The position numbers were made by a program, and so were the translations under genes. DNA of 64,000 nucleotides from an uncultured Acidobacteriota bacterium (GTDB lineage: Bacteria > Acidobacteriota > Vicinamibacteria > Vicinamibacterales > SCN-69-37): NCBI GenBank assembly GCA_963724955.1, contig CAVRWQ010000007.1, positions 241,505 to 305,504 of the forward strand, written 5' to 3'. The notes beneath the pieces are model-generated. The model worked only from the letters and a program-made list of their open reading frames with translations. It made no database searches and had not been told where the DNA came from. This document shows, in pieces, positions 29,790 to 41,672 of the stretch. The stretch's first letter is position 1, and every line of letters starts with the position of its first letter.

Positions 29790-31785
29790 TCACTGGATGA
29801 TGATGACTTCGTACGCCTTGAGGCGCGGCAGCGTAAAGGATCGATAGGGACCGTCGATCGTGATCGGCAGATCGCGATCGAGATCGACGGCCCGCGCGCG
29901 CCGGATGTCGCGGCCGACGTCGATCCGGATGTCGCGCAGCTCAACGGGCGGGAAGTACGCCGTGCCGTGATGGCCCGTGACGTTGACGAGATGAATCAGC
30001 GTCCGCCCCCGCGCCGGTTGATCCATGAGCGTCATCTCGACGAGCGGATGGGCATCGGTCCTGACTTGACGTCCCGCCGGCAGCAACTGGTCGATCACGT
30101 CGACCATGAGCCCGGCATGACCCTCAGAGCTGTGCCGGTAGTAGAGACCGCCGATGTCCCACGGGATGTAGCCCACACGGCCCTTCCCAAGATCGGCGAA
30201 CACGAGCCCCGGCACTGTCGTCTCGACTTTGTCGCCCCAGACTTTTTCCGGCGGACCGAACATCGCCGTCGGAATGAGCGTCAGGAGCGGAGCATCGATC
30301 GGCCGGAGCTCGAGATACTCGCCGTCGATCCAGAGCAACGAGGTCCGCTCGAGAGAGGGCAGGCCGCGGCGATCGTGGATGCGCCAATAGCCCTTGCGTG
30401 CGCCTGGGGCCGACGATCGTCCCGACGGGAATCGACGGTGGTGTCGTGCCGGCCACGAGCAGGCGACCGCCGCTTCGCACGTATCGCTCGAGTCCCTCGG
30501 CAGGACGCCCCGGCGCGATCACGAGATCGAACCGCGGGGACGCCTCGTCGAGCCACCGCAGGTTCTCGGACACGACAAAGGGGATGTGCTTCTCGCTGAG
30601 GAGGCGGAAGAAGCCGCGGTAGGCGTTCGTGTCGCCCGTGGCCATCAGCAGCACGCGCGCGGCGTTCTTCTGCCCGACGAAGAGGTCTTCATGACGCGCG
30701 TGCCAGTCGAAGATCGGTTTCGCGGCGGTGAGGCCCGTTCGATCCTGCTGGTCCATGGTCCCGGACACGACGATGGCCGGCGGCCCGCCGTGCGCCATGT
30801 TCTGATACAGGCGCAACGCGGTTTCGGCCGGCGGCACGTGCGCATAGCGCCAGGGGTAGTCCACGAAGCTCATCGACAGGTTGATCGCGACCTTGTCCGG
30901 CTCCGACCCCACCGAACGGCCCACGTTGTCGCTGGCCGAGTAGGGCCAGAGCGGCAGCGCCCGGCCTACGGCGGTGTTCGACTCGGACATGATCCCGTCG
31001 GTGTGGTCTTTGATGTAGGTCAGGAACGCCGCCTGCGGCCGCTTGCGGTGGATGAGATCGGCGATCGTCGCCGCCACGTCGCGCGCCGAGTCCGCCATGA
31101 ACGTCCGGTAGTCGGCATCGGCGGCCTTCGGCAGGTCGCGGCCGTAACGGGCCCGGAAGCCGGTCCGGCACGCGTCGCACTGACACGGCCCCATGGCGAC
31201 GCCGCTGTAGTCGGTCGCGGGGTTCCCGAACATGTTGAAGAAGAGGCCGTCGACGTCGTAGCGATCGAGCGCCTCTGCGAGAATCGTCAGCGCGTGCTCA
31301 CGGTAGTAGCCTCCGTTGATGCACGTCGAGTACAACCCGCTGTAGATCGCCGGCTCGCCGTTCGCGCGCTTGAAGAACCACTCGGGATGCGCGTCGAACA
31401 CCGGCTTCTGCGTCTTGCTCAAGTCGAACCGTCCGATGACGCGGACCCGGCGCGCGCGCGCTTCGCGCAGCGCCTCGCCGAACAGGTCGCGGCCCGGCGG
31501 CAGAAACGCGCTCGCATAGTGGAACGGGACCTTCGTGGGGTACTGCGCCACGATCCCGCCCATGTTCACGAGGAACGTATTTGCGCCGAAGTCGGAGACG
31601 GCGGTCACGAGCCGCCGGGGATCGACGGTCGAGTCGGTTTCGCTGAGGTTGGTTTGCAGGAATCGGATCGGCTCGGTCATCCACCATCGCGCGTCCGGCG
31701 ACGACGTTGGCGGGCGCTGACCGGCGGGCGCCGCCGCCGCGGACACCGCGGCCACGACGAGCAGCAGGGCAAGCCCGCGCGCCAT
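29790..31785 (-). CDS. Putative glycoside hydrolase (GHL6-like TIM barrel plus beta-galactosidase trimerisation domain), frameshifted
   Basis: QTNLSETD, GGIVAQYPT, IGRFDLSK, YDVDGLFFNM, CQCDAC and a C-terminal IHLVNVTG. Confidence 0.8.
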
Positions 31786-34205
31786 TTACTGCCCGCTGGC
31801 GCGCTTGGCCGGCGTCTCCGCGCGCCGTGACTGGAACGGCAGGCTGCGCACGACTTCGTTCACGAGCGTCTGGAAGCCGTAGCCGGCATCAGCCAGTTTC
31901 TTCGTGATGGTCCGCACCGTCGGGCGGTCGTAGCGCTCGAGACCACGGCCGAGGCTGTAGATCAGCAGCTTCTCGGTCAGCGCGCGCGACAGATCGGGAC
32001 GCATGTCGCCGAGAATCCTGCGCATCTCGGCCGGGCCGGTGAACGCCTTGCCGCTCGGCAGCACGCCGCTGGCATCCACCGGGAAGCTGCCGTCCTGCGT
32101 TCGCCACTTGCCGATCGCGTCGTAGTTCTCGAGGGCGAAGCCGAGCGGGTCCATCCGGTTGTGGCAGGACGCGCAGATCGAGTTCGTCCGGTGCTTCTCC
32201 ATCTGCTGGCGAAGCGACGTCGTCGTGCCCACGGCGTCCTCGTCGAGCGCCGGGACGTCCATCGGCGGCGGCGGGGGCGGCGTCCCCAGGATGTTCTGCA
32301 GGATGTACTTGCCCCGAATGACCACGGAGGTGCGCGTCGGATAGCTCGAGACGGCGAGCACGCTGCCGTGGCCGAGCACGCCGCCGCGCTCGTCGGTCGT
32401 GAGATCCACGCGCCGGAACTCCGGGCCGGCGACGCCGGTGATGCCGTAGAACCTGGCCAGTTGCTCGTTGAGGAACGTGTACCGCGCGGTGACGAACTCG
32501 CTGATCGGGCCGGTTCTCGCGGAGCATCGAGTCGAAGAACATCCGCGTCTCGGTCTTCATCGCGTCGCGCAGCTCGGGCGTCCAGCCGGGGAACTTCTGC
32601 GGATCGGGCTTGATCGAGTCCAGGTTGCGAATCTCGAGCCACTGGCCCGCGAAGTTCTCCGCCAGCGCGAACGACTTCGGGTCGGCCAGCATCCGCTTCA
32701 TCTGGGCGTCGAGCACCGACGGGACGCTCAGCCGCTTCTGTTCGGCCAGCGTCAGCAGCTCGTCGTCCGGCATCGAGTTCCAGAGGAAGTAGCTCAGCCG
32801 CGAGGCCAGCTCGATGTCGGAAATGCGATGCACTCTGGTTGGATCGTTCGGATAGAGATCGCGCTCGATGTGGAACAGGAAGTGCGGCGACACGAGCATC
32901 GCCTGAATCGCGACGCCGATGCCCTGCTCCACCGTCAGCCCGTCGGCCTGCGCCATCGCCACGAACTTCTTCAGCGACGCGACCTCGATCCGGCTCACGG
33001 GCCGGCGATACGCCCTTCGCGCCAGCGTCGAGACGATCCGGTCGACGCACGCCGAGCCGGTGTTCGGATCGCACACCAGGATCAGCTTGCGGCTCGGCTT
33101 CTCCGCCGTCGACGGGTACGGCCCGACGATGGTCATCGAGCCGATCCACTTGTTGACCTTATCGGTGAAGAGTTCCTGTTTGGCGAGCGTCTTGACGAAG
33201 GCGTCGTCGATGAAGCCGAGGCGGAGCTTGTGATCGCCCTCGGGGAGCGACACGCGAATCTTCTCTTCCGAGTACGGATTGAAATACACGAGCCCGGACG
33301 GCTTCGTCTCGACGAGCTTCGTGTGGATCAGCTTGCCGTCCAGCCAGAGGCCGAGCTGGACGGGCTTCGCATCCTCGGGCCGCTGGCCAGGCAGCCCGAT
33401 GCGGAGCTCGTACTCCGCGTCGAAATCGAACCGGTGCGACGCCTCGACGTTGCTCGGATCGAGACGACGGAGGTTCTTGAAGCGCAGGCTGTATTCGACC
33501 TCGATAGGTTTGGGGAGCGGCGTGGCGCCCACCGCGCGCTCGGCGATGCTCGACGCAGCGGACAGATACTTGTCCATCAGCACGGGCGACACCGTGAGCA
33601 CGTCGCCGATGTTGTCGAAGCCCTCGCCGGAATCGTCCGTCGGGAAGTTTCTGTCGGCGCGGAACTCGACCGCCAGCAGGTCGCGAATCGTGTTCGTGTA
33701 CTCGGCGCGGTTCAGACGCCGCGCGGTCACGCGTCCCGGATCCGGCTTCAGGTTCGCGTCGGCGCGCGCGAACTCGGCCTCGAGGAATTTCACCAGCGTC
33801 TCGATGTGCGCGTCGGGGCGCTCGACTTCCGCCGGCGGCATCTCGCGCGCCTTGAGCTTGTAGAGCACCAGCTCCCACTGATCCCGGTCGGCCGCGAGCG
33901 ACTCCACCGACCGGAACTTGTTGAGGTCGAATCCGGCCTCGGGGTCCGGCGAGCTGTGGCATTCGGTGCACGTCTCGTCGAAGAGCTTGTCGGTCGCGGC
34001 CTTGAAGGCGGCGAGCGTCGGCGGACGCGACACGGGCGCCGCGGCGGGTTGGCGGGCCGGCGCGGCCGCGCGGAGTCGTCGCCGGGGCGGGCGTCTGCTT
34101 CGGCGCCGGCGGCGGCGCCTGCGCGGAAGATCTCATCTCAATCGCCAGCAGGAGGGCGACCGCCGAGATGCTGATGAGCGCGGTGCGAAGTCTCACGTCT
34201 CTCAC
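31786..34205 (-). CDS. Planctomycete-type cytochrome c protein with DUF1587/1592/1595/1588/1585 domains (frameshifted)
   Basis: CTECH and CASCH heme motifs, RRLNRAEYTNTIRDL, LASRLSYFLW, FAGQWL and DPLGFALENYD. Confidence 0.9.
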
Positions 34206-35185
34206 TCCAGGTCCGACCCGCCACGTCCGCGGCCCGTGCGCGGCGCCGGTTTCGCCGACACCATCTCACAGTACGTGCTCAGCACGCGGTCCTTCTGCGC
34301 GGGATCGACGATCAGGTATCGATGTTTACCGTCGGCCGACGGCGTGAATCGCGTGCGGCCGTCGTCCTGCACGCTGATCGTCCCCGGCTCCGACAGCTTG
34401 AAGTAGTCCTGGGCCGGATGGACCGCATGCAGCACCGCCGCGAGCGCAGACGCCGGCGCGTCGTACGGCATCGGCTTCGCGGCGCGGTAGGCGTCGGCGA
34501 CCGGATGCGACGGCGACCAGCTGAGGTCCTTCTCGATGCTCGCCCCCGGATACGGCAGGGCCGCGCCGACTTCCGACCCGACCGCCACGATCGGCGTGGG
34601 CCACTCGGCGAACAGCTTTTTCGCGGACGCCACATCCGCCGCGACGGTGGGATCGGCCGGCCCCGACGGGAACGCGCCGGCGGCGACGACGAGCCGCTCC
34701 ACCTTCGACGACACCTGCGGCCGCGCGCCATAGAGCGCGAGCAGGCGCGCCAGTCCGGTCGCGGGCCCCGCGAGCACGACGCGCGCGTTGCCGTCGTGCT
34801 GCGCGAGCAGCATGTTCCGAATCAGCACGGCGTTGTCCGGGGTGTCGAGCAGCCGGCGGATGCTGCTCGTGTAGCGCGGCGCGCCGTCGTCGCCCTTCTG
34901 CGCGAGCGCGCCGGCGACCGCGGGCGCGTCGTCGGCGGGCGCCCCGCCTTCGGGCACGCCGACCAGCGGCGGACGGGCGAAATAGAAGCTGCCGATGACG
35001 TCGGCGAGTTGCGCCGTCTTCAGGCTCGGCCGGGAGATGCAGAGCGCGACGGCGCGCGCTTCGGTTTTCGTCGCGAAGCCGTTCAGCATCGCGATGGCGA
35101 GCACGGCGTCAATCCGCTGCGCGAGGTCGCCCTCGAACGCGATGCCGATCGGTGGCCGAACTGGTCCCTTTGCCGCCTCCTGCAT
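34202..35185 (-). CDS. Nucleoside-hydrolase-fold protein (degenerate active site)
   Basis: IAFEGD...DAVLA, LAGPATGL, WPTPIV and HPVADAY. The canonical DxDxxxDD motif is not intact. Confidence 0.7.
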   Translation of the reverse strand: MQEAAKGPVRPPIGIAFEGDLAQRIDAVLAIAMLNGFATKTEARAVALCISRPSLKTAQLADVIGSFYFARPPLVGVPEGGAPADDAPAVAGALAQKGDDGAPRYTSSIRRLLDTPDNAVLIRNMLLAQHDGNARVVLAGPATGLARLLALYGARPQVSSKVERLVVAAGAFPSGPADPTVAADVASAKKLFAEWPTPIVAVGSEVGAALPYPGASIEKDLSWSPSHPVADAYRAAKPMPYDAPASALAAVLHAVHPAQDYFKLSEPGTISVQDDGRTRFTPSADGKHRYLIVDPAQKDRVLSTYCEMVSAKPAPRTGRGRGGSDLE

Positions 35186-35221
35186 AGTTCAATCGATCGA
35201 TCGATGTGACTTCGATCGATG

Positions 35222-36571
35222 TCAGGTCAGGTTCGCCGGGTCCAATGGGCCCGTCGCGTCGCCGAAGTTCGCCGTCGGCACGCCCATCCGGTCCATCAGC
35301 GTGAGATGGAAGTTCGCCATGGGCGTTTCCTTGCGGAAGATCACCCGCCGGCCCGGCTTGAAGTAGCCGCCGCCGCGCCCGATGAGCAGCGTCGGGAGAT
35401 CCTCGTGCAGGTGACGGTTGCCGTCCGAGAGGCCCGCGCCGTACACGATCATCGAATTGTCGAGCAGCGTCGAGTCGCCTTCCTGCGTCGACTTGAGCTT
35501 GTGCAGGAATCCCGCGATCTGCTTCGTGTGGTACTCGTTGATCTGCGTCACCTTCTCCATCAGGTCGGGCTTGCCCTGATGGTGGGTGCAGGGATGATGG
35601 CCGTCGGCAATTCCGATCTCGCGATACGCCCGGCTCGTCCCTTCGCGCGTCATCATGAACGTCATCACGCGCGTCAGATCCGCCTGGAAGGCGATGACCA
35701 TCATGTCGCTCATGAGCTTGAAGTGCTCGGCGAAGTCGGGCGGCACGCCGTACGGCTTGTCGAGGCCCGGATTGATCGCCACGCTCTCCTTTTCCGCCTT
35801 CTCGAGCTGCCGCTCCACTTCGCGGATCGAGTCGAGATACTCCTCGAGCTTGCGCCGGTCGGTCGGCCCGAGTGACGACTGCAGCTTCTTCGTGTCGCCG
35901 ATGACGAAGTCCAGGATGCTGCGGCGATAGCGCGCGTTGCGTTCGGTCTCTTCGGGACTGAGCACGACGCCCGTGCCGAACAGCCGCTCGAACAGGACGC
36001 GCGGATCGAGGATCGGCGGCAGCGGCTGCGTCTCGCTCCGCCACGCCAGGTTGTTCGTGTAGGCGCACGAGTAGCCGGAGTCGCAGTCGCCCGCCTGGCG
36101 CGCGTCGTCCATGCCGAGCTCGAGCGACGCGAATCGCGTCTCGTGCCCGATCTTGTTCGCGATGATCTGGTCGCAGGAGATGCTCGCCTTGATGTCGACC
36201 GTGGTCTTCTTGACCTGGATGCCGGTCAGGTACGAGCCCGAGCACCGGCCGTGATCGCCTGCGCCGTCGAGCAGCGCGCGGCCGCTGTTGTGGGTCAGGT
36301 TGCCGATCTGGATGAAGTCCTGGCGGAAGTCCTCGAGCGGCTTGAGGATGCGAGGCAGCTCGCCCAGGATCGGGCCCTCCTCGCCGATGTTCCAGTTCCT
36401 CATGTCGATGCCGTTGGGCACGTAGAGGAAGGCCAGCCGCGCCGGTCCTTTCGCCGCCTTTGCGGGCGCCGCCAGCGCCGGGACCATCGAGTCCAGGAAT
36501 GGCAGCGCGACTGCGGCGCCGACGCCCTTCAGGAATGTGCGGCGGGGCAGGGACTTGCCGGTAAGGACCAT
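35222..36571 (-). CDS. DUF1552 (HXXSHH) family Tat-exported protein
   Basis: PRRTFLKG, YVPNG, SLELG, CDSGYSCAY, HHPCTHH and GNRH. Confidence 0.93.
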   Translation of the reverse strand: MVLTGKSLPRRTFLKGVGAAVALPFLDSMVPALAAPAKAAKGPARLAFLYVPNGIDMRNWNIGEEGPILGELPRILKPLEDFRQDFIQIGNLTHNSGRALLDGAGDHGRCSGSYLTGIQVKKTTVDIKASISCDQIIANKIGHETRFASLELGMDDARQAGDCDSGYSCAYTNNLAWRSETQPLPPILDPRVLFERLFGTGVVLSPEETERNARYRRSILDFVIGDTKKLQSSLGPTDRRKLEEYLDSIREVERQLEKAEKESVAINPGLDKPYGVPPDFAEHFKLMSDMMVIAFQADLTRVMTFMMTREGTSRAYREIGIADGHHPCTHHQGKPDLMEKVTQINEYHTKQIAGFLHKLKSTQEGDSTLLDNSMIVYGAGLSDGNRHLHEDLPTLLIGRGGGYFKPGRRVIFRKETPMANFHLTLMDRMGVPTANFGDATGPLDPANLT

Positions 36572-36641
36572 CGGCTCACCTCGAGGTTGGACGTGCTCTA
36601 ATCCTACACCGACAATCGGCCAGGCGATCCAGCCGCATCAA

Positions 36642-36670
36642 TTGACGCTGCCCGTTCTGGCGAACAGAAT
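36642..36670 (+). promoter_or_regulatory. Putative sigma70 promoter of the kinase gene
   Basis: TTGACG-N17-CAGAAT, ending 9 nt before the ATG at 36680. Confidence 0.4.
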
Positions 36671-36679
36671 GGGAAGCTG

Positions 36680-39600
36680 ATGCCTCGAACGCCCCCGCAA
36701 ACAGACTCTCCGACGTTCCTGGCGGGGGGCGGCGAGATGGGCGAACGCATCCGGGCGTTCGACTGGACGAAGACTCCGCTCGGCCCGGTCGAACAGTGGC
36801 CCCAGAGCCTCCGCAGCGCCATCAGCATCCTGCTGCCGTCGAAGGCCCAGATCGTACTGTTCTGGGGCAGCGAGTTCATCACCTTCTATAACGACGCCTA
36901 CCGGCCGGTCTTCGGCGCCAAGCACCCGCACGTGCTCGGCCTGCCGGCCCACCAGGCCTGGAGCGAGGTCTGGCCCGATCAGCTGAAGGACCTGTTCGAG
37001 GGCGTGCTGACGACGGGCGAGGCGTACTGGGCCAGCAACCTGCCCTTCCTCCTCAAACGCCACGGGTTTCTCGAAGAGACTTTCTTCGACGTCTCCTACG
37101 ATCCGGTCCGCGACGAGAGCGGGAAGGTCGGCGGCGTCTTCTGCATCGTCAGCGAGACGACCGGGCGCGTGCTCGGGGAGCGTCGCTTGTGGACGCTGCG
37201 GGAGCTTTCAGAGCGAACGAGCGGAATGCGAACGCGGGAAGCGGCGTGCGACGTCGCGGCCGCCGTGCTGGACCAGAATCCCAACGACGTGCCGTTCGCG
37301 CTCCTTTATCTGCTGGATGACGACATCCGGCGCGCGAAGCTCGCGGGATTGAGTGGGTGGGATCGCAACACGCCAGGCAGCCTGGCATCCGTCGATCTGG
37401 ACGATCACACTGCGGCGTGGCCGTTTCGTCAGGTCGTCGAGACCGGCAACGCGCGAGCTCATCGCCCTCTCAGGCAGATTCGGGACCGCGCCTCAGGCGT
37501 CCTCGCTGGAGCCGACGCCAATGGCCGTGGTCCTGCCGATGAAGAGGCCGGGCCAGACGCGGCCGGCTGGTTTTGTCGTTGCCGGCGTGAGCCCGCGGCT
37601 CATGTTCAACGACGAGTACAAGGGCTTCCTCGATCTGCTCGCCGGGCACATCGCGACCGCGGTCGCCAACGCGCGCGCCTACGAGGAGGAAAAGCAGCGG
37701 GCCGAAGCGCTGGCCGAGCTCGATCGCGCCAAGACCGCGTTCTTCAGCAACGTGAGCCACGAGTTCCGCACGCCGCTGACGCTGATGCTCGGTCCGGTCG
37801 AGGATCTGCTGGCCAAGAGCCACACCGATCTGTCTCCGGCCGCCGCGAGCCAGCTCGAGGTGGTCCACCGCAACGGCTTGCGGCTGCTGCGGCTGGTCAA
37901 CACGCTGCTCGACTTCTCGCGCATCGAGGCGGGCCGGGTCCGCGCCACGTACCAGCCGACGGATCTGGCCGACCTTCACCGCAGAGCTCGCCAGCGTCTT
38001 CCGCGCAGCCATCGAGCGCGCCGGGTCTGACGGCTGACGGTCGATTGCCAACGGCCTGGCGAGCCGGTCTTCGTCGATCGCGACATGTGGGAGAAGATCG
38101 TCCTCAACCTGCTCTCCAACGCCTTCAAGTTCACGTTCGAGGGCGAGATCGCCGTCTCGCTGCGCGCAGGCGGGCACGCAGGTCGAGCTGCAGGTGCGCG
38201 ACACCGGCACGGGGATTCCCGCGGCCGAGATGCCGCGGCTGTTCGAGCGGTTCCACCGCGTGCGAGAACGCACAGGGCCGGACGCACGAAGGCAGCGGGA
38301 TCGGCCTGGCGCTGGTGCAGGAGCTGGTCAAGCTGCACGGCGGGACGATCACCGCCGAGAGCGTCGTCGGTAAAGGCACGACGTTCACGATCGCGCTGCC
38401 GATGGGATCGGCCCATCTGCCCGCCGACCAGATCGCCGAAACCGGCACGCTTGCGTCAACGGTCACGGGCGCCGGTCCGTACGTCGAGGAAGCGCTGCGC
38501 TGGCTTCCGCATGACGATCGGAGCGCGGACTTCGGCGCGGAGCTGCCGACGCATTACGAGGCGCTGCCGGTCCCGGCGCTTCGAGCGGACGACGATGCGG
38601 CCGACAACCGGCCCCTGGTCCTGGTCGCCGACGACAACGCCGACATGCGGCAGTACGTCGTCCGGCTGCTCGCCGAGCGCTATCGGGTCGAGGCCGTGGC
38701 GGACGGCGAGGCGGCGCTGGCCGCGGCGCGGAGCACGCCGCCGGATCTGGTCCTGACCGACGTGATGATGCCGCGTCTCGACGGCTTCGGCCTGCTGCGC
38801 GAGCTGCGCGCGGACTCCGCGCACGCGCGAGTCCCGGTCATCATGCTGTCCGCGCGCGCCGGCGAGGAGAGCCGCGTCGAGGGCATGGAGGCCGGGGCGG
38901 ACGACTACCTGATCAAGCCGTTCAGCGCGCGCGAGCTGCGTCGCGCGTGTCGGCGCGCATCTGCAGATCGCCCGCATGCGACGTGAGGCCGGCGAGGCGC
39001 TGCGGGAGGCCGACCGCCGCAAGGACGAGTTCCTGGCCACGCTGGCCCACGAGCTGCGCGGCCCGCTGGCGCCGCATCGGCAACATGCTCGAGATCATGA
39101 AGCGCGCCGAGGGCAACGCCGGCGTGATCCAGCTCGCCGGGACGATGGAGAGACAGTTGAGCCAGCTCGTGCGGCTCGTCGACGATCTGCTCGACGTGAG
39201 CCGCATCACCCGCAACAAGCTGGAGCTTCGCAAGGAGCGCGTCGAGCTGGCCTCCGTCATCCACCAGGCGGTCGAGACCGGCCGTCCAGCTGGCCGAAGG
39301 CTTCGAGCACGAGGTCACGGTGACCTTGCCGACGGAGCCGATCTACCTTCACGCCGATCCCGTCCGTCTGGCTCAGGTGTTCAGCAACCTGCTGAACAAC
39401 GCCTGCAAGTACACCGAGCCGAACGGCCGCATCTCGCTGACGCGCCGAGCGTCAGGACGGGCACGTCCTGGTGAAGGTCAAGGACACCGGCCTCGGCATT
39501 CCCCGCGACAAGCTCGCCGAGCGTCTTCGACATGTTCACGCAGGTCGATCGAACGCTGGAGCGATCGCAGGGCGGCCTCGGCATCGGGCTGACGCTGGTG

Positions 39601-40133
39601 AAGCGGCTGGTCGAGCTGCACGACGGCACGGTGGAGGCGTTCAGCGAGGGCCCGGGCCGCGGCAGCGAGTTCGTGGTGCGCCTGCCGGTGCTCGCCGGCC
39701 CGCCGCAGGTCACCAGGCCGGCCGAACCGGCGAACAAAGCCCAGACCGGCGCGCCTCGCCGCGTGCTCGTCGTCGACGACAACCCGGACTCGGCCGACAT
39801 CGCTGGCGATGCTCCTGGAGATCGGCGGCAACGAGACGCACACGGCGCACGACGGCCTCGAGGCTGTGAAGACGGCGGAAGCGTTCCGTCCCGAGGTCAT
39901 GCTCCTCGACATCGGCCTGCCGAGGCTTGAACGGCTGCGACACCGCGCGTCGCATCCGCGAGCAGCCGTGGGGCAAGGACATGGTGCTGGTCGCGCTCAC
40001 CGGCTGGGGCCAGGACGAGGACCGGCGCAAGTCGAAGGACGCCGGCTTCGATCATCACCTCGTCAAGCCCGTGGACATCGACGCGCTGATGAAGATGCTC
40101 GCGTCGCTCCCGGGCGCGCCCGGCGTCGGATAG
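36680..40133 (+). CDS. Hybrid sensor kinase PAS/GAF-HisKA-HATPase-REC-HisKA-HATPase-REC (frameshifted)
   Basis: [55 protein letters not shown] and HLVKP. Confidence 0.9.
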
Positions 40134-40145
40134 CCGTCGTGGCTG

Positions 40146-40649
40146 TTACTTCGATCTAGGGGGATATCTCGCGATGAGCTTCTTCGCGTCCTCGGGAAGC
40201 TTCTGCATCAGTTTCGAGCCGGTGCTCTCATCGTCGCGATAGACGCCGCGCCAGACGGGTGCCTGGTCGCCGGGCCTCGTCAGGTCGATGACGAGCGTAC
40301 CTTCCGTAGAGCGAAGAGGCTGAGGACCCTGGCCTCGGAACGCGCCGCGCACGCCGATACTGATGTCCTCGCCGCTGAGCCGGTAATCGACGAACAGGTC
40401 AGGGCGCGCGGCTGTCTCCTTCAGGCCTTTCGCGGTCAGGGCCGCACGGATCGTCGTCACGAGCTTCTTGGCGAACAGAGGATTGTCGAGCTCGGGCCGA
40501 GGGCTGTCGATCTTGCCATCACGCATCGCAAAGGTCGCCAGCACCGAAAAATCCGCCTTGGGATCGACCTGAACGCTGAGATCGTCCGCCGAGACCACGG
40601 CGACGCTCAGGAGGAGCGCGACACACGCGGACGCGGGTCGGGTGGCCAC
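40146..40649 (-). CDS. DUF4136 family exported protein
   Basis: DPKADFS..TF, EGTLVIDL and VWRG. Confidence 0.85.
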   Translation of the reverse strand: MATRPASACVALLLSVAVVSADDLSVQVDPKADFSVLATFAMRDGKIDSPRPELDNPLFAKKLVTTIRAALTAKGLKETAARPDLFVDYRLSGEDISIGVRGAFRGQGPQPLRSTEGTLVIDLTRPGDQAPVWRGVYRDDESTGSKLMQKLPEDAKKLIARYPPRSK

Positions 40650-40651
40650 GT

Positions 40652-41197
40652 CTACTTCTTTTTCGCGGGAGGGAATTTCGACAGCAGCGTCGTCGCGTCC
40701 TTTGGCAGCGCGGCAGCGAGCTTCTGCGCGTCGTGCTCGGTATCGTGGTAGACGCCGCGCCAGACGAGCGCACCCGAACTGGCGAGCTTCAGGTCGATCA
40801 CGAGCGTGGCCTCGGTGAAATCCACGGTGGCCCCGCTCGCCGCCTGACCTCTTCCGCGCGCTCCGCTCCGAATCACGTTGGCGCGGCCGAACGGGCCGAT
40901 GCCGTAGTCCACGCCCGTCACACTCGACTCGACGACGAGGTCGCCCTTGTCGGGGACGTCCTTGAGGCTTCGTGCCAGGAGGGCAGCGCGGATGGCCTCA
41001 CCAAGCGTCTTCGTCACCGCCGGAAACTTGAGCTCGGGCCGGTCGCTCTCGACGCGAACGTCGCGCATCGTGAAGGTCTTGAAGGTCGAGAAATCCACGT
41101 CCTCGTCGAAGATGACGCTGTGGTCATCGGCCACGAGGACGGTCGCCGAAAGGAGGAGGGCGACGCAGAAGGACGCGAAGGCGCGCACGTGGGACAT
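40652..41197 (-). CDS. DUF4136 family exported protein (tandem paralog)
   Basis: DFSTFKTF, EATLVIDL, LVWRG and FPP. Confidence 0.85.
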   Translation of the reverse strand: MSHVRAFASFCVALLLSATVLVADDHSVIFDEDVDFSTFKTFTMRDVRVESDRPELKFPAVTKTLGEAIRAALLARSLKDVPDKGDLVVESSVTGVDYGIGPFGRANVIRSGARGRGQAASGATVDFTEATLVIDLKLASSGALVWRGVYHDTEHDAQKLAAALPKDATTLLSKFPPAKKK

Positions 41198-41234
41198 GCT
41201 ATATCAGCGCGGCCAGGGGATGGATAATCCTGCC

Positions 41235-41527
41235 ATGTTCGTCATCGAGCTGATCTACAAGGCCGACCTGGCCCGCATTGACGGGCAGATGAGCGCGCAT
41301 ATGAGGTTCCTGCGGAAGTACTACGCCTCCGGTCATTTTCTGGTCTCGGGGCGCAAGATCCCGCGCGACGGCGGCGTCATCCTGGCCGTCGGCGACAACC
41401 GGCAGCAGATTGAGGCCATCGCAGCGGAGGATCCGTTTGTCCGGCACGGACTGGCGGATTTCGCGTGATCGAGTTCCGGGCCAGCCAGCGCGCGGACGAC
41501 ATCCAGGCCCGCATCGGCGATGGGTGA
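41235..41527 (+). CDS. YciI-family protein (frameshift ~41462)
   Basis: MFVIELIY...H..FL.KYY..G.FLVSGRKIPRDGGVI...DPF, continuing in another frame as IEFRASQRA. Confidence 0.85.
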
Positions 41528-41536
41528 AGCACTGAC

Positions 41537-41610
41537 GGGGTCAGACCGTGGGGTCAGACCCCGCAACCCAGGGGTCTGACCCCACGGTCTGACCCCCCGG
41601 TCTGACCCCT
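41537..41610. repeat. Cluster of GGGGTCAGACC / GGTCTGACCCC REP-like units
   Basis: Two forward and three reverse units forming nested inverted repeats. Confidence 0.85.
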
Positions 41611-41672
41611 GCTAGACTGAAGGCTGCCCCCCTAACCGTTTGGCTGCCCCGGCTCTGGAAGCACGCTGACCA

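Noticed and set aside
35190-35224. ATCG/CGAT tandem run in a short intergenic gap
   Set aside because: Low-complexity sequence with no second copy seen and no supportable function.
41537-41610. Possible mini-CRISPR array
   Set aside because: The units are only 11-13 bp, occur in both orientations and have no 30-40 bp spacers, and there are no cas genes.
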